Of a DNA stretch of 64,000 nt, positions 1 to 11,092 are shown piece by piece (within the stretch, counting starts at the first letter, position 1; every line of letters begins with the position of its first letter). The position numbers were made by a program, and so were the translations under genes. The notes under the pieces were generated by a model. That model did no database searches and had not been told where the DNA came from. It worked only from the letters and a program-made list of their open reading frames with translations. Location of the stretch: positions 32,001 to 96,000 of the forward strand of contig CAVSQW010000004.1 of the NCBI GenBank assembly GCA_963730185.1. Reading direction: 5' to 3'. The DNA comes from an uncultured Gemmatimonadales bacterium. Lineage in GTDB: Bacteria > Gemmatimonadota > Gemmatimonadetes > Gemmatimonadales > GWC2-71-9.

Positions 1-1
1 A

Positions 2-1487
2 TCGCGAGGGCGGGTGGTCCAGCAGCTGGTGACGGAGACATTGATGTTGTCGTTGCTGGCCCTTGCCGGGGGGTGGCTCCTGGCCCGCTTGGCGATCGCG
101 GGGATCACCTCCATTCCGGTGAACGTGGCGGGCCTCGCGTTCAACTGGGGCATCGTCATGGACGCTCGGGTGTTCGGCATGGCGGTGGCGATTACCCTGG
201 CGGCGGGCCTCCTCGCGGGGCTGGGTCCGGCCTTCTCGGCGTCGCGATTCCGGCTCCAGCAGCAGCTCCGGGAGGGCGGCCGGGCCGGCACCGGGCGGGG
301 CGGCCGGCGGGTCCGGAGCGCCTTGGTGGTGGCCCAGGTGGCCGCCTCCGCCGTGGTGCTGGTGGCCGCCGGCCTCCTCGCGGCCAGCGTCCGCCAGGCC
401 GCGCGGATCGATCTGTCGTTCGTGCCGGACCAGGTGCTGACCCTGGCGGTCGACGCCACGCTGGCCCACTACGACGAGCCGACCGCGCGCCCGGCGTTCG
501 ACAAGGTCGCCGCGGCGGTCCGGCAGGTTCCCGGGGTGCAGGTGGTCGCCTGGACCGGCAGCGTGCCGATCGAGCATGGGAGCGACGGCCTCCGCGAGGT
601 CCGGACGGCGGGCACCAGCCAGACGACCAAGCAGGGCAGCCTCGGCGTCTTGAGCGCTTCGGTGGACCCCGCGTTCTTCGAGGTCCTCCGGATGCCGGTC
701 ATCGAGGGCCGGGCCTTCACCCGAGCCGACGACTCCACCGCCCCCCGGGTCGCGATCGTCAACCAGCGGGCGGCCGAGCTGCTCTGGCCGGGACGGTCCG
801 CCGTGGGCCAGACCTTCCGGATGGCGCTCGACGGCCCGCCGATCGAGGTGGTCGGGGTGACTAGGACCAGCCGCTACCTCCTGATCGGCGAGGGGCCGAG
901 GCCGTTCCTCTACCTGCCGCTGGCGCAGCAGTACGTTCCGCAGGTGTTTCTGACGGTCCGGACGGCGGGTGACCCGGCTCGTCTGATCGAGCCGGTGCGG
1001 GCGGCGATGGCCTCGGCGGACCGCGATCTGGTGCCCTTCAGCGCCAACACCATGACCGACGTGATCGAGAAGGGCCCCAACGGCCTCTTGCCGCTCCGGA
1101 TCGGCGCGGCGGCCGCGACCGCCATCGGCGCGGTCGCGATCGCGCTCACGCTGATGGGGCTCTACGGAATCATTGCCTACTCGGTCACCGAGCGGACTCG
1201 GGAGATCGGGCTCCGGATGGCGTTAGGCGCCAGCCGGTGGACCGTGATCCGCTCGGTCCTGGGGCAGGGCGGGCGTTTGGCCGCGATCGGGATCGGACTC
1301 GGGATTCTGGGCGCGCTGGTCGTGAGCCGGGCGCTCGCCGGCTTGCTGGTAGGCGTGGGCACCCGTGACCGCGTGGTGTTCGTTGCCGTGGCCGTCGGGC
1401 TGGCCCTCGCGACCCTCGGCTCCGCCTACCTCCCGGCCCGGCGGGCGTCGCAGGATCGACCCGGTCAAGGCGATCAAGGCGGACTGA
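2..1487 (+). CDS. ADOP/MacB-FtsX family ABC permease, 5' partial; frameshift near the C-terminus (~1451)
   Basis: Motifs ALVVAQVA, RTREIGLRMALGA and YLPARRAS. The canonical ending 'RIDPVKAIKAD*' lies in another frame and stops at TGA 1485-1487. Confidence 0.9.
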
Positions 1488-1510
1488 GTCCGAGCGCTGA
1501 GGCGGCCGGG

Positions 1511-4240
1511 CTACTCCCCGGCCAGGGTGACGGCGGGGTCCACCCGCCCAGCCCGGGTCGGCGGGGATCCAGGTCGCCAGGAGCGCCGCTCCCCCGAGCG
1601 TCGCCGTGACCGCCCCGAGCGTGAGCGGGTCCAGCCGGCTCACCCCAAAGAGCAGCGCCTGCATCGCGCCGGAGAGGACCACGGTGAGCGCGAGCCCGCC
1701 GACGATGCCGGCGACAACCAGACCGACACCCTGCCGCACCACCATCGACCGGATGGCGCTCGGACGAGCGCCCAGAGCCAGGCGGAGCCCCAGCTCCCGG
1801 GTCCGCATCCCGACGGTGTAGGCGATCACCCCGTAGACGCCGATCACGCCCAACAGCAGTGCGATCGCCGCGGCGGCGCCGAGCATCCAGCCGGTGAACG
1901 TGGTCCGGGCCATCGAGGCGGAGACGACGTCGCCGAGCGACGCCACGTCGAAGAGGGGCAGGGTGGGGTCGAGGTCACGAATGGTGGCCCGAACCGGCCC
2001 GGCCTGAGCCGGACGGGTTCCCGCTCGTCCGGATCAGAAAGGTGAGCTGCCGAGGGACCGTGATGGCGTCGATCTGCCGGGTCGATGCCGACGGGGTCGA
2101 GTCGTCGATCCAGCTCACCGTAGTGGGGAGGTAGAGGGTCGGCTCCGGTGGCGACGCCAAGGAGTTGCGGCGGGCGTCGTCGACGACGCCGACGATGGTG
2201 AGCCAGGGGGCGGAGAAGGTGAGCTTGAGGCGGTGGCCCAGCGCGGCATTCCCGGTGGGGTCGTTCCACTGCTCTCTCGCGAAGCTCCGGGTCACCACGA
2301 CTTCGTTGCGCGACGCGATCGGGGTCCAACCGGCCGAACGACCGGCCCGCGATCAGCGGCATGCCAAGCGCGCGGAAGTGGTCGCCGGCGATGTAGACCA
2401 GATGGCCGTTCACGTGCACCAGGTCGGATTCCGCCCGGCCCTCGACGATGACGGGGTTCCCGTCGTCCTCTCCCGGTCCGAGGGGCGCCCGGCTGGCGCC
2501 GCCCACTGAGGTGACACCCGGGAGGGAGCGGAGCCGGTCCATCGCCTCGAGGTAGAAGCGCGACACGTCCGCCGTGGTCCGGTAGGCGGCTCTGGGCAGG
2601 GCGACCCGTGCCGTGAGCACGCCCGCCGGGTCGAAACCGGGGCGGACGTGCCGGAGCTCCCGGTAGCTTCTCGCCAGCAGGCCTGACCCGGCGAGCAGGG
2701 CAAACGCCAGGGACACCTGCGCGGCGACCAGGATCTGCCGGACCCGTTGTCGCTCTCGGCCACCGGTGGTGCCCCGACCTCCCGAGCGGAGGACACTGGC
2801 CACCGCCAGGCCACCGATCCGCCGGATCGGCAGCAGGCTCAGCCCAACTCCTACCAGCACCGTGAGCGCGACGATCCCTCCGACGACCACCCCATCCAGC
2901 CCGATCGCGGTGAACCGGGGAATCGAGGCGCCGGCGGCGTGGCCCAGCAGGCGGATGCCCACCCAGGCGAGCCCGCAGCCGAGCCCGCCCCCCGCCGCCG
3001 CCAGCACGAGCGACTCGGTCAGCACCGCCCGGCGGAGCCGGCGGGTGCCGGCTCCGAGGGCCGCGCGGACGGCCACCTCGCGCTGCTTGGCGTCGGAGCG
3101 GACCAGGAAGAGCGTCGCGACGTTGGCGCCGGCGATCAACAGGACGAACGCGGCTGTCGCCACCAGCACCCAGAGCACGTCGCCGATGTCGCCCACGACG
3201 TCGTCCCGGAGCGGATGGAGGAGTAGTTGCTGGCGCCCCCGCTCGAGCCAGTTCCGAGTCGAGACCCCGAACCCGGCATCGGGGAAGAAGTCGGGCATCC
3301 GATCGTGGGCCGCCTGGAGGTCGGTGGTGGCGCCTTCGATCGTGACGCCGGGCTTGAGCCGCCCGATCAGATCGAAGGTTGCCCGCGACGGCAAGGCGTG
3401 GTCGGGATCGGGCTGGAGGGCGGTCCAGAGGTCGGCGCCTTCAGGGTGAGCGACCGCGGCGGGGAGGATGCCGATCACCTGGTGCGACCGGCCGTCGATC
3501 GGGATCGACCGTCCCAGCACGCCGGGGTCGGCGCCGAAGCGCCGGCGCCAGAGGCCTTCGCCGAGGACGACCACCGGCGCGGCGCCTGGACGATCGTCGG
3601 CGGCCGCGATCAGCCGGCCCTCCAAGGGACGGGCCTGGAGGGTGGTGAAGAAGTCGGCGGACGCCATTGCCCCGGTCGCCCGCTCGGGGTTGGTCGCGTC
3701 GCCGAGATTGACGTCGTGGGTCCGGTAGGCGGCCAGGCTCTCGAGGCTTCGGTTCAGACGCCTGAGGGTGAAGTAGGCGGCGTCCGATTGAGCTCGCATC
3801 TCGGCACCCATGGTCGGGTATCGAAGCCAGATCGCCACCAGCCGTGACGGGTTGGGATAGGGTAGGGGCTCGAGCAGCACCGACCAGGTCACGGTCCCGA
3901 TCCCGGCCAGCGCGCCGATCCCGAGCGCCAGGGTCAGTACCGCGGCGGCGCTGAACGCGGGGGAGCGGCTCAGCGAGCGGACCGCCTGCTTGAGGTCGCG
4001 CCCGAGACCGTCGAGCGCGGCGCTGACGCCCACCTGGCGCACCTCCTCGCGGTAGTACGCCGGGCTCCCGAAGCGCTTCCGCGAGGCGAGCCGGGCCGCC
4101 GACGGGGTCAGGCCGTCGTGCCGCTGCTGCTCCTCGTCGAGCGACAGGTGGAATCCGATCTCGGCCTCGCGCTCGGCGTCGACCCGGCTGCGCCGAAAGA
4201 ACGATCGGACGCGGTACCCCAAACCATCGAGCCACGACAT
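1511..4240 (-). CDS. ADOP family duplicated ABC permease, frameshifted (~2300, ~2000, ~1560)
   Basis: Starts MSWLDGLGYR, with an 'EIGFHL' prefix, TLALGIGA, REVAVRAALGA and RTRELGLRLALGA. Ends 'VDPAVTLAGE*'. The pieces are spread over ORFs 1844-4330, 1975-2298 and 1185-1946. Confidence 0.88.
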
Positions 4241-4265
4241 GGCGCGGTCCTCCCGGCAGGCGCCC

Positions 4266-4601
4266 TCAGGCGCGGTCCAACACCTTGGCGATGGCGAGCG
4301 CGACCCGGTCGTACTCGGAGATCTTGTCACCCAGCTGCTTCCGGCCGGATCGGGTGATGGTGTAGTAGCGGCCGTAGCGCCCCGTCGGGGTCGGCCCCCA
4401 GGCCGAGGTCACCAGGCCGTTGCGCTGGAGCCGCTCGAGGGCGGGATAGAGCGAGCCCTGCTCGACCTTGAGCACATCCTCGGACAGCCGGCCGATGTGC
4501 TGGGCGATGGCGTAGCCGTGCATCGGGCCGAGCGAGAGGGTCTGGAGGACCAGCATTTCGAGGGCGCCCTGGAGGGCGGGGCCGCTGCGGGCAGGGGTCA
4601 T
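4266..4601 (-). CDS. PadR family transcriptional regulator (acidobacterial type)
   Basis: LQGALEMLVL, MHGYAIA, GSLYPALERL and YYTIT motifs; sits directly upstream of an ADOP permease. Confidence 0.93.
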   Translation of the reverse strand: MTPARSGPALQGALEMLVLQTLSLGPMHGYAIAQHIGRLSEDVLKVEQGSLYPALERLQRNGLVTSAWGPTPTGRYGRYYTITRSGRKQLGDKISEYDRVALAIAKVLDRA

Positions 4602-4633
4602 CGGTCAGCCGGATCCGGTTGCATACCAAGATG

Positions 4634-4655
4634 TATCTAATATGTAGATATCTAC
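4634..4655. promoter_or_regulatory. Probable PadR operator: TATCTA-N5-TAGATA plus overlapping GTAGATATCTAC palindrome
   Basis: Perfect inverted repeats in an AT-rich patch about 30 bp upstream of the padR start. Confidence 0.65.
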
Positions 4656-4694
4656 CTGTAAAGGAGTCGGGATGACCCGACCGAGCTGCGGTCG

Positions 4695-6188
4695 TCAGGG
4701 ACGCTCGGCGTAGGTCCTGGCGTCATCCAGCAGGCGAGCGAGGGCGGCCCGGTCCAGGAGCCGGCCCCGGGTGACGACGGCGTCGATCGAGTCGACGTTC
4801 CCGATCGAGGCGAGCGGATCGGCCCGGAGCAGAACCAGGTCGGCGACTTTGCCGGGGCCGATCACGCCGAGCTCGGGCCGGTTGGTGGCGATCGCGGCAT
4901 TCCGCGTGGCCGCCTGGATGGCCTCTTTGGGTGAGAGGCCGGCGTCCACCAGCAAGCCAAGCTCCCGGTGCAGGCTGAAGCCCGGCACCGCGGTGAGGAC
5001 GGGGACGTCGGTGCCCGCCACGAAGCGGGCGCCCTCCCGGATCAGGGCGCGAAGGCTCTGGAGCGTGCCCTGCCAGCTCCGGCGGCCGGCCGCGATCCGC
5101 TCGGGGGTCGCCCCGGTCGGGCTCCAGGCGTCGCCGCCCCGGGCGGCGGCCGGCGCATACTGGAGCTCGGGGAAGTCCCGCGTCTCGGGCTCGAGCTCGA
5201 GCATCCGGGATCGGATCGTCACCAGCGTCGGATCGAACCAGACTGGCCGACTCGCGGCGTACCGGGCGAACCGCTCGGCCGTGGCCGAGTCGTAGTGGGC
5301 GACGGCGGAGTCGCCGGCGGCCACCCGGGCGTCGAACGCCTCGATGACGGCCTCGCGGCCTCGCCCGCGATGACCGGCCCGAGCCAGCATCTCGCGCCGG
5401 ATGCGCTCGCCGTCGGGAGTGTTCTCGAAAGCGAGGCCGAAGGCGTGCTCGACCGTCCGCTGGCCGGAGTCGATCGCCTCCCGCAACGAGACCGCGTCGG
5501 GCACGTGTCCCGCGACGAAGAGCCCGTGGTCCCGCGCGGCGGCCAGGATGCCGAAATAGGCGGCCCGCGGCGTGAGCGAGTGGACCTTGACCAGGTCCAC
5601 CCCGGCCTGGGCCAGCGAATCCACGGCTCGCCGGCCGTCTTCCCGGGTCGTGACCGCCCACCGGCCCTTGGGCACCACGTCCACGACGACCGGATCGTCC
5701 AGGATGGGGCCGGCCATGAAGATGGTGGGCCCCAGGACTCGGCCCGACCGGACGTCGGCGCGGAGGCGAGACACCTCGTCGAGGTCGCCGCCGACATCGC
5801 GGATGGTGGTGACGCCGTTGGCCAGGAACAGCGGGAAGCCGTGGGCGCCGTAGACCTGCTCGTGGACGTGCATGTCCCAAAGGCCGGGGATGAGATAGCG
5901 ACCGTGGCCGGGCACCCGCGTGGGGGTGCCTTGTACGACGAGGCGATCGGTCGGGCCGACCGCGACGATGCTGTCGCCCGCGATGGCCACGCTCATGCCG
6001 GGGGTTGGGTCGTGGTCGGTCCCGTCGATCAGCACGACGTCGTCGATCACGAGCGTGGCGGTCGGGCCTCGGGCGCCGCACCCGATCAGGGGCAGCAGCA
6101 TCGCCGCGAGCGCGACGATCCAGCGGCTTCGAGGGGCGGACCGCGGCACTGACGGTCGGGGAGACATTCGGGAGTGCTCCGTGGTCAT
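4695..6188 (-). CDS. Amidohydrolase family protein, probable lipoprotein
   Basis: PGLWDMHVH, GVTTIRD, KVH, AGH, GTD and GKVADLVLL motifs; lipobox-like LIGC. Confidence 0.9.
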   Translation of the reverse strand: MTTEHSRMSPRPSVPRSAPRSRWIVALAAMLLPLIGCGARGPTATLVIDDVVLIDGTDHDPTPGMSVAIAGDSIVAVGPTDRLVVQGTPTRVPGHGRYLIPGLWDMHVHEQVYGAHGFPLFLANGVTTIRDVGGDLDEVSRLRADVRSGRVLGPTIFMAGPILDDPVVVDVVPKGRWAVTTREDGRRAVDSLAQAGVDLVKVHSLTPRAAYFGILAAARDHGLFVAGHVPDAVSLREAIDSGQRTVEHAFGLAFENTPDGERIRREMLARAGHRGRGREAVIEAFDARVAAGDSAVAHYDSATAERFARYAASRPVWFDPTLVTIRSRMLELEPETRDFPELQYAPAAARGGDAWSPTGATPERIAAGRRSWQGTLQSLRALIREGARFVAGTDVPVLTAVPGFSLHRELGLLVDAGLSPKEAIQAATRNAAIATNRPELGVIGPGKVADLVLLRADPLASIGNVDSIDAVVTRGRLLDRAALARLLDDARTYAERP

Positions 6189-6197
6189 GGCGCCGGC

Positions 6198-6809
6198 TCA
6201 GAATCCGAGTCCGGCCGCGTTGCTCTCGAAGCCGATGGTCCCTTCGCCGAGCGCGCCGGTCCTGGCGTCGACGATCCGGACCCGGACCAGGTGCGTTCCC
6301 TGGATCAGGGTGGGCCGCCGCAGCTGGAGCAGGGCCACCCGCAGGTGACGCGGCTCCCGGCTCTCCCGGTCCACGAACCGTTCGTAGTACCACTGGAGCG
6401 ACTCCACCTCGGCCGGCGCGCCGTCGATCGTGACCCGCACGCTCCCGGCGGTCAGCGCCGGGGCGATGTCCTCGACCAGCAGGGTGTCGCCGGCCACCAC
6501 CTCTCGGGCGGGTGGCTCCTTGGCGAGGGCGCGCTCGAGGGTCGTCCTGCCGTAGCCTTCGTCGAGGATCGCGACGGCGTTGTAGGTGTCCGGGGCGAGC
6601 TCGAGCCGGTAACGGCCGGTCCCGTCGCACCTGGTCTCCTGCATCGGATCGAACGCCGGATGGAGCACCACCACCCGGCAGTTCGCGGCGGGTCGGCCGT
6701 CGGCGTAGCGGACCACCCCGGACAGGATGGACGGGGCGGATGGGCTGGCTGGGACGAACGGGGGCCGCACCGGCCCGCCGGCGAGCAGCGTCAGGAGGGG
6801 GAGAAGCAT
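6198..6809 (-). CDS. Secreted hypothetical protein with carboxypeptidase-regulatory-like (transthyretin-like) domain
   Basis: Hydrophobic leader MLLPLLTLL followed by 'LSGVVRYADGRP...DGTGRYRLEL'. The start could instead be 6854. Confidence 0.55.
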   Translation of the reverse strand: MLLPLLTLLAGGPVRPPFVPASPSAPSILSGVVRYADGRPAANCRVVVLHPAFDPMQETRCDGTGRYRLELAPDTYNAVAILDEGYGRTTLERALAKEPPAREVVAGDTLLVEDIAPALTAGSVRVTIDGAPAEVESLQWYYERFVDRESREPRHLRVALLQLRRPTLIQGTHLVRVRIVDARTGALGEGTIGFESNAAGLGF

Positions 6810-6850
6810 GGGGAGATCCAGGTTCGGGCGATCGAGCGGCCGTTGCTCAA

Positions 6851-7205
6851 TCATAGCCTGTCGACAGTGCTCCAGAGGCCGATCCCGATCCGGACCCCGT
6901 ACTGGCGGTGCGGCGCTCCCCAAGTGTCACGGTAATACCGGTCGAACAGCTGCCGGCCGTGGACTTCGATCCGGACGAGGCCCCGGTGACCGAGCGGAAG
7001 GTCCCATCCCACCGCCGCTCCGATGAAGCCCCGGCGTGAAGCGTCGCGGAGGAGGCCGGGGCTGACGGCGACGGTCGGGCCACCGACCGACCGCGAGCTC
7101 CGACCGAGGTGAACAGCCACCCCGGCATCGGCGTACGGCCCCGAGCGGCGAGGCCCCGAGCCACACGGCCACACTGGTCGCGGTCAGCCTGACGAGAAGG
7201 CGCAT
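6851..7205 (-). CDS. Hypothetical exported/outer-membrane protein, frameshifted or fragmentary
   Basis: Signal-like MRLLVRLTATSVAVWLG in one frame. Amphipathic beta-strand-like C-terminus (GAAVGWDLPLG...YGVRIGIGLW) in the adjacent frame. Confidence 0.35.
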
Positions 7206-7352
7206 GTTCGAGGGTAGCGCGCCACAGCCCGGTTGGCGGTGATCGACGTCACCCGCCGCCCCACGCTCCAAAATGAAACCTGAGGTGTCGGACCCCCGTA
7301 CGCGGGGACCGGGGCGACCTTCGCCCCGCTCGAATTCACTGGGACATGATCG

Positions 7353-8288
7353 ATGCTCACACGGATCCCTCCAGCCGCGCCTTCGCGACGGAGCGCCCGG
7401 CGCCTCGTGCTCGTGCTCGGGGCCGGACTCCTGGTCGCCGGGTGCGCTCCCGGCAACCGCGAGGCGCGGCAGCTCCGCCAGGCCTGCGAGTCGGGTACGG
7501 CCAGCGCCTGCAACGAGTTCGGCCAGCGGCTGCTGAAGGGCGAGTACGTGCTCCGCGATGAGACCGACGCCGCCGGCCGGTTCGATCAAGCCTGTCGGGG
7601 CGGCGTGGCCGGCGGCTGCGTGAGTCTCGGCGTTCTCTACCAGGACGGCCGGGGCGTGACTCGCGACTCCGCCCGGTCTCCGGGCCTGTTCCGCCAGGGG
7701 TGCGAAGGCGGCGCCCTCGAGGGCTGCACCCGCCTCGGCACGTTGCACCGGGACGGCGCCGGGGTGCCGAAGGACGTCGTCCTGGCTTCCACCCTCTTCC
7801 GTCGGGCCTGCGACGGCGGCGACCTGCTGGGCTGCGCTCGGCTGGGCGGGCTCTACGACACCGGCGAAGGTGTGACCCGCGACCAGGCCCGCGCGGCCGA
7901 CCTCTATCGGAAGGCTTGCGACGCCGACGCCCTCGTGGGCTGCGTGGGGCTGGGCCGGCTCTACGCCGCCGGGAGGGGCGTGACCCATGACGACTCGCTG
8001 GCGGCCACCTTGTTCACGAAGGCCTGCGACCAGCACGATCCCGCCGGCTGCTTCGAGCTGGGCGGGCTCGCCGAGAGCGGTCAGGGCGTGACCCAGGACT
8101 TCCAGCGGGCCGCTCGCCTCTATCGCCAAGCCTGCGACGCCGGGAACGGCGAGGCCTGCTACAGCCTGGCCGGACTCTATCAGCGGGGGGCCGGCGTCTT
8201 CCGTCAGCCGGAGCGCGCCAAGGCCCTGACCCAGCGGGCCTGCGACCTGGGCGTGGCCGACGCCTGCCCCAAGGTGAAGGGAACCTGA
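7353..8288 (+). CDS. Cysteine-rich Sel1-like repeat lipoprotein (HcpA-like)
   Basis: Lipobox LVAGC; about seven 36-aa repeats of the form 'AC-x7-C-xxLGxLY...G.GV..D...A'. Confidence 0.88.
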   Translation: MLTRIPPAAPSRRSARRLVLVLGAGLLVAGCAPGNREARQLRQACESGTASACNEFGQRLLKGEYVLRDETDAAGRFDQACRGGVAGGCVSLGVLYQDGRGVTRDSARSPGLFRQGCEGGALEGCTRLGTLHRDGAGVPKDVVLASTLFRRACDGGDLLGCARLGGLYDTGEGVTRDQARAADLYRKACDADALVGCVGLGRLYAAGRGVTHDDSLAATLFTKACDQHDPAGCFELGGLAESGQGVTQDFQRAARLYRQACDAGNGEACYSLAGLYQRGAGVFRQPERAKALTQRACDLGVADACPKVKGT

Positions 8289-9224
8289 TGCCGTCCGACG
8301 TCCCCCTGCTGGTCGCCGAGCGGCTCACGAAGCGCTACGGGAACGTGGTCGCGCTCGACGGCGTCGGGCTTCGCCGTCGCGGAGGGGATCACCGGGATCC
8401 TGGGCGAGAACGGCGCGGGCAAGAGCACCGCGATCAAGATCTTCCTCGGTCTGCATCCCGCCGACCTCCGGCCGCGGCGACCGTGCTCGGGCGAGACGCC
8501 TCCGAGAGCCTGGACGTGCGCACGCCGGCTCGGCTACATGCCGGAGCACGACTGCCTGCCGAGCAACGTGAGCGCCGCGGAGTTCCTGACCCACATGGCG
8601 GAGGTGAGCCGGGTTGCCGCCGGCGACGGCGCGGACCCGTGCGGCGGATACCCTGCGCCACACCGGGCTCTTCGAGGAGCGGTACCGGTCCATGGGCGGC
8701 TACTCGACCGGCATGAAGCAGCGGGTCAAGCTGGCGCAGGCGCTCGTGCACGACCCGGCCGTCGTCTTCCTGGACGAGCCGACCGCCGGGCTCGATCCGC
8801 TGGGTCGGGAGGAGATGCTGGCGCTGGTGCGCAAGACGCACCGGGAGTTCGGGATCAGCGTGCTGATCTCGTCGCACCTGATGGCCGACGTCGAGCGGAC
8901 CTGCGACCGGATCCTCGTGCTGCGGGAGGGCCGGCTGGTGCAGTCGGGCGAGGTGGGGCAGTTCACCCGGGAGACGGAGACCGTGTTCATCGAGGTGGAC
9001 GCCAACCGGGAGCGCCTGGTGGCGGCGCTGGAGCGGCGGGGCGTCGCGGTGAGCTCGGACGGCGGCGGGCTGACGATCTCGGGCTCGGACGAGTCGGTCT
9101 ACGACCACGTGCGCGACGCGCTGGTCGAGGCCGAGGCGCCGCTGCGCCGGATGGCGCCCCGCGGCGTGCCCTCGCCGAGCTCTTCCGCCGCGACGGCGAG
9201 GACCCCGAGTGGAGGTCCCGGTAG
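8288..9224 (+). CDS. ABC transporter ATP-binding protein, multiple frameshifts
   Basis: LTKRYG, GENGAGKST (Walker A), YSTGMKQR, FLDEPT and ISSH motifs distributed over several frames. Confidence 0.85.
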
Positions 9225-10159
9225 CGCCGCGAGCGAGGGGGCCGGTCGCGGCGCCGCACCGGGCGGCACGGTCTTCGACATCGGCTACCAGCGCTACACC
9301 GGTCCGCGCGAGGGGCGCGGGCGCGGCCGGCTCGCGGTGTACACGGACGGGCTGCGCACGGCGCTCGGGCTCGGCCGCGGCGGGCGGGCGAAGGTCCTGC
9401 CGTGGGCGTTCATCGCGGTCCTGTCGGCGATCGCGCTCGTCATGGCGCTGGTGGCCGGCGCGGCGGAGCGGCTCGGCGGGCCCGGGGCGGCGGAGCAGCT
9501 CAACCTCCCCTCGCACTCGCGACTTCTACGGGATCGCGTCGATCGTGCTCTTCGTCTTCGCCGCGGTGGTGGCCCCGGAGCTGCTGTGCCGGGACCGGCG
9601 CGAGGGCGTGATCAGCCTCTACCTGGTGCGCCCGCTGACCGGGTCGGACTACATCGTGGCGCGCTGGGCGGCGTTCCTCAGCGTCATGGTGGCGGCCGCG
9701 TGGCTGCCCGCAGCTCATCCTCCTCACGGGGCTGGCGATGGGCGCGCCGGAACCGGTCGCCTACCTGCGGGCCCACTGGCTCGACGTGCCCGAGTTCCTC
9801 GCGGCGGGCGTCGCCATGGCGGCGTACGCCACCACGCTGGCCATGCTCACCGCGTCGTTCACGACGCGGCGCGCCTACGCCTCGGTCTTCCTGGTCGGTC
9901 TCTTCGTGATCACCACGCCCTTCACGACCGGCCTGGCCATGGAGATCGGGGGGACGGCCGGCCAGTGGATCTCGATGTTCAACCTCTCCAACATCCCGGT
10001 CCACGTGAACGACCTGATCTTCGGCGAGCCCAGCGTCATCACGCAGGAGCGCCCGCGGGCGCGCTGCTCCTCGGGTGGATCCTCGCGGGGTGGTTCCTGC
10101 TCTGGACGCTCGGGCCCGGCGCCGTGCTGTGGTTCCGCTACCGGAGGCTGACGCCATGA
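9209..10159 (+). CDS. ABC-2 type transporter permease, frameshifted
   Basis: VFDIGYQRY and APELLCRDRREGVISLYLVRP motifs, several TM helices; the start is approximate. Confidence 0.78.
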   Translation: MEVPVAPRARGPVAAPHRAARSSTSATSATPVRARGAGAAGSRCTRTGCARRSGSAAAGGRRSCRGRSSRSCRRSRSSWRWWPARRSGSAGPGRRSSSTSPRTRDFYGIASIVLFVFAAVVAPELLCRDRREGVISLYLVRPLTGSDYIVARWAAFLSVMVAAAWLPAAHPPHGAGDGRAGTGRLPAGPLARRARVPRGGRRHGGVRHHAGHAHRVVHDAARLRLGLPGRSLRDHHALHDRPGHGDRGDGRPVDLDVQPLQHPGPRERPDLRRAQRHHAGAPAGALLLGWILAGWFLLWTLGPGAVLWFRYRRLTP

Positions 10160-11090
10160 GCGCGAAGCCGCGAGCCGGTGGTCGGCGTCGAGGGCGTCTC
10201 CCGCTGGTTCGGGAGCGTGGTCGCCGTGAGCGACGTCAACCTTCGACGTCGCGCCGGGGATCACGGGTCTGCTCGGACCCAACGGTGCGGGCAAGACCAC
10301 CCTGCTGCGGATGATGACGGGGCTGGCCGCCCCGTCGACCGGCACGGTCACGGTGTTCGGCGAGCCGGTGCGGGACAACCCGCCGCTGTACCGCCGGCAT
10401 CGGGGTGATGTCGGAGCACGAGACGGTGTACGGCTTCCTGAACGGGCGTGAGTTCGTGCGGATGATGGGGCGGCTGCGCGGTGTCGCGCGACCTCGACGC
10501 GGCGGTCGAGCGGGCGATCGGCCTCGTGGACCTGGCCGAGGCCGCAGGACCGGCCCATGGGCACGTACTCGCGGGGCATGCGCCAGCGGATGCGGCTCGC
10601 CGCCACCCTGGTGCACGACCCGGAGATGCTGATCCTCGACGAGCCGCTGAACGGTGCCGACCCGAGGCAGCGGGTGCACTTCCAGGAGCTGCTCCTGCAG
10701 CTCGCCGACGAGGGCCGGACCATCGTCCTCTCCTCGCACATCCTCGAGGAGGTCGAGCACCTCGCCGAGACCGTCCTGCTCATCGTGAACGGCAAGCTGG
10801 CGGCGTCGGGCGGGTTCCGCGCCATCCGGGCCGCGCTCGACGAGCGTCCCTACCACGTGCGGGTGATCTGCGACGCACCCCGCCGGCTGGCGGCGCTCGC
10901 GGTGGGCTCCCGTCCGTCGACGCGGTGCACCGTCGATCCCGACGGCGCGATCGTGGTGCTGAGCCGGAGCGTGCGCGACCTGCAGCTCGAGCTGCCACGG
11001 CTGGCGCAGCGGCGGCGCATCCGGCTGCGCAGGGTGGAACCGCTCGACGACTCGCTGGAAAGCGTCTTCGGCTACCTGGTGGAGCGCTGA
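10156..11090 (+). CDS. ABC transporter ATP-binding protein, multiple frameshifts
   Basis: GPNGAGKTT, YSRGMRQR, ILDEP, SSHILEE and SLESVF motifs; ATGA overlap with the upstream permease. Confidence 0.85.
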
Positions 11091-11092
11091 CG

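Noticed and set aside
4723..6630. Long Arg/Pro/Gly-rich alternative-frame ORFs here and throughout the window
   Set aside because: Off-frame translations typical of ~70% GC DNA; they overlap genes with clear family motifs.
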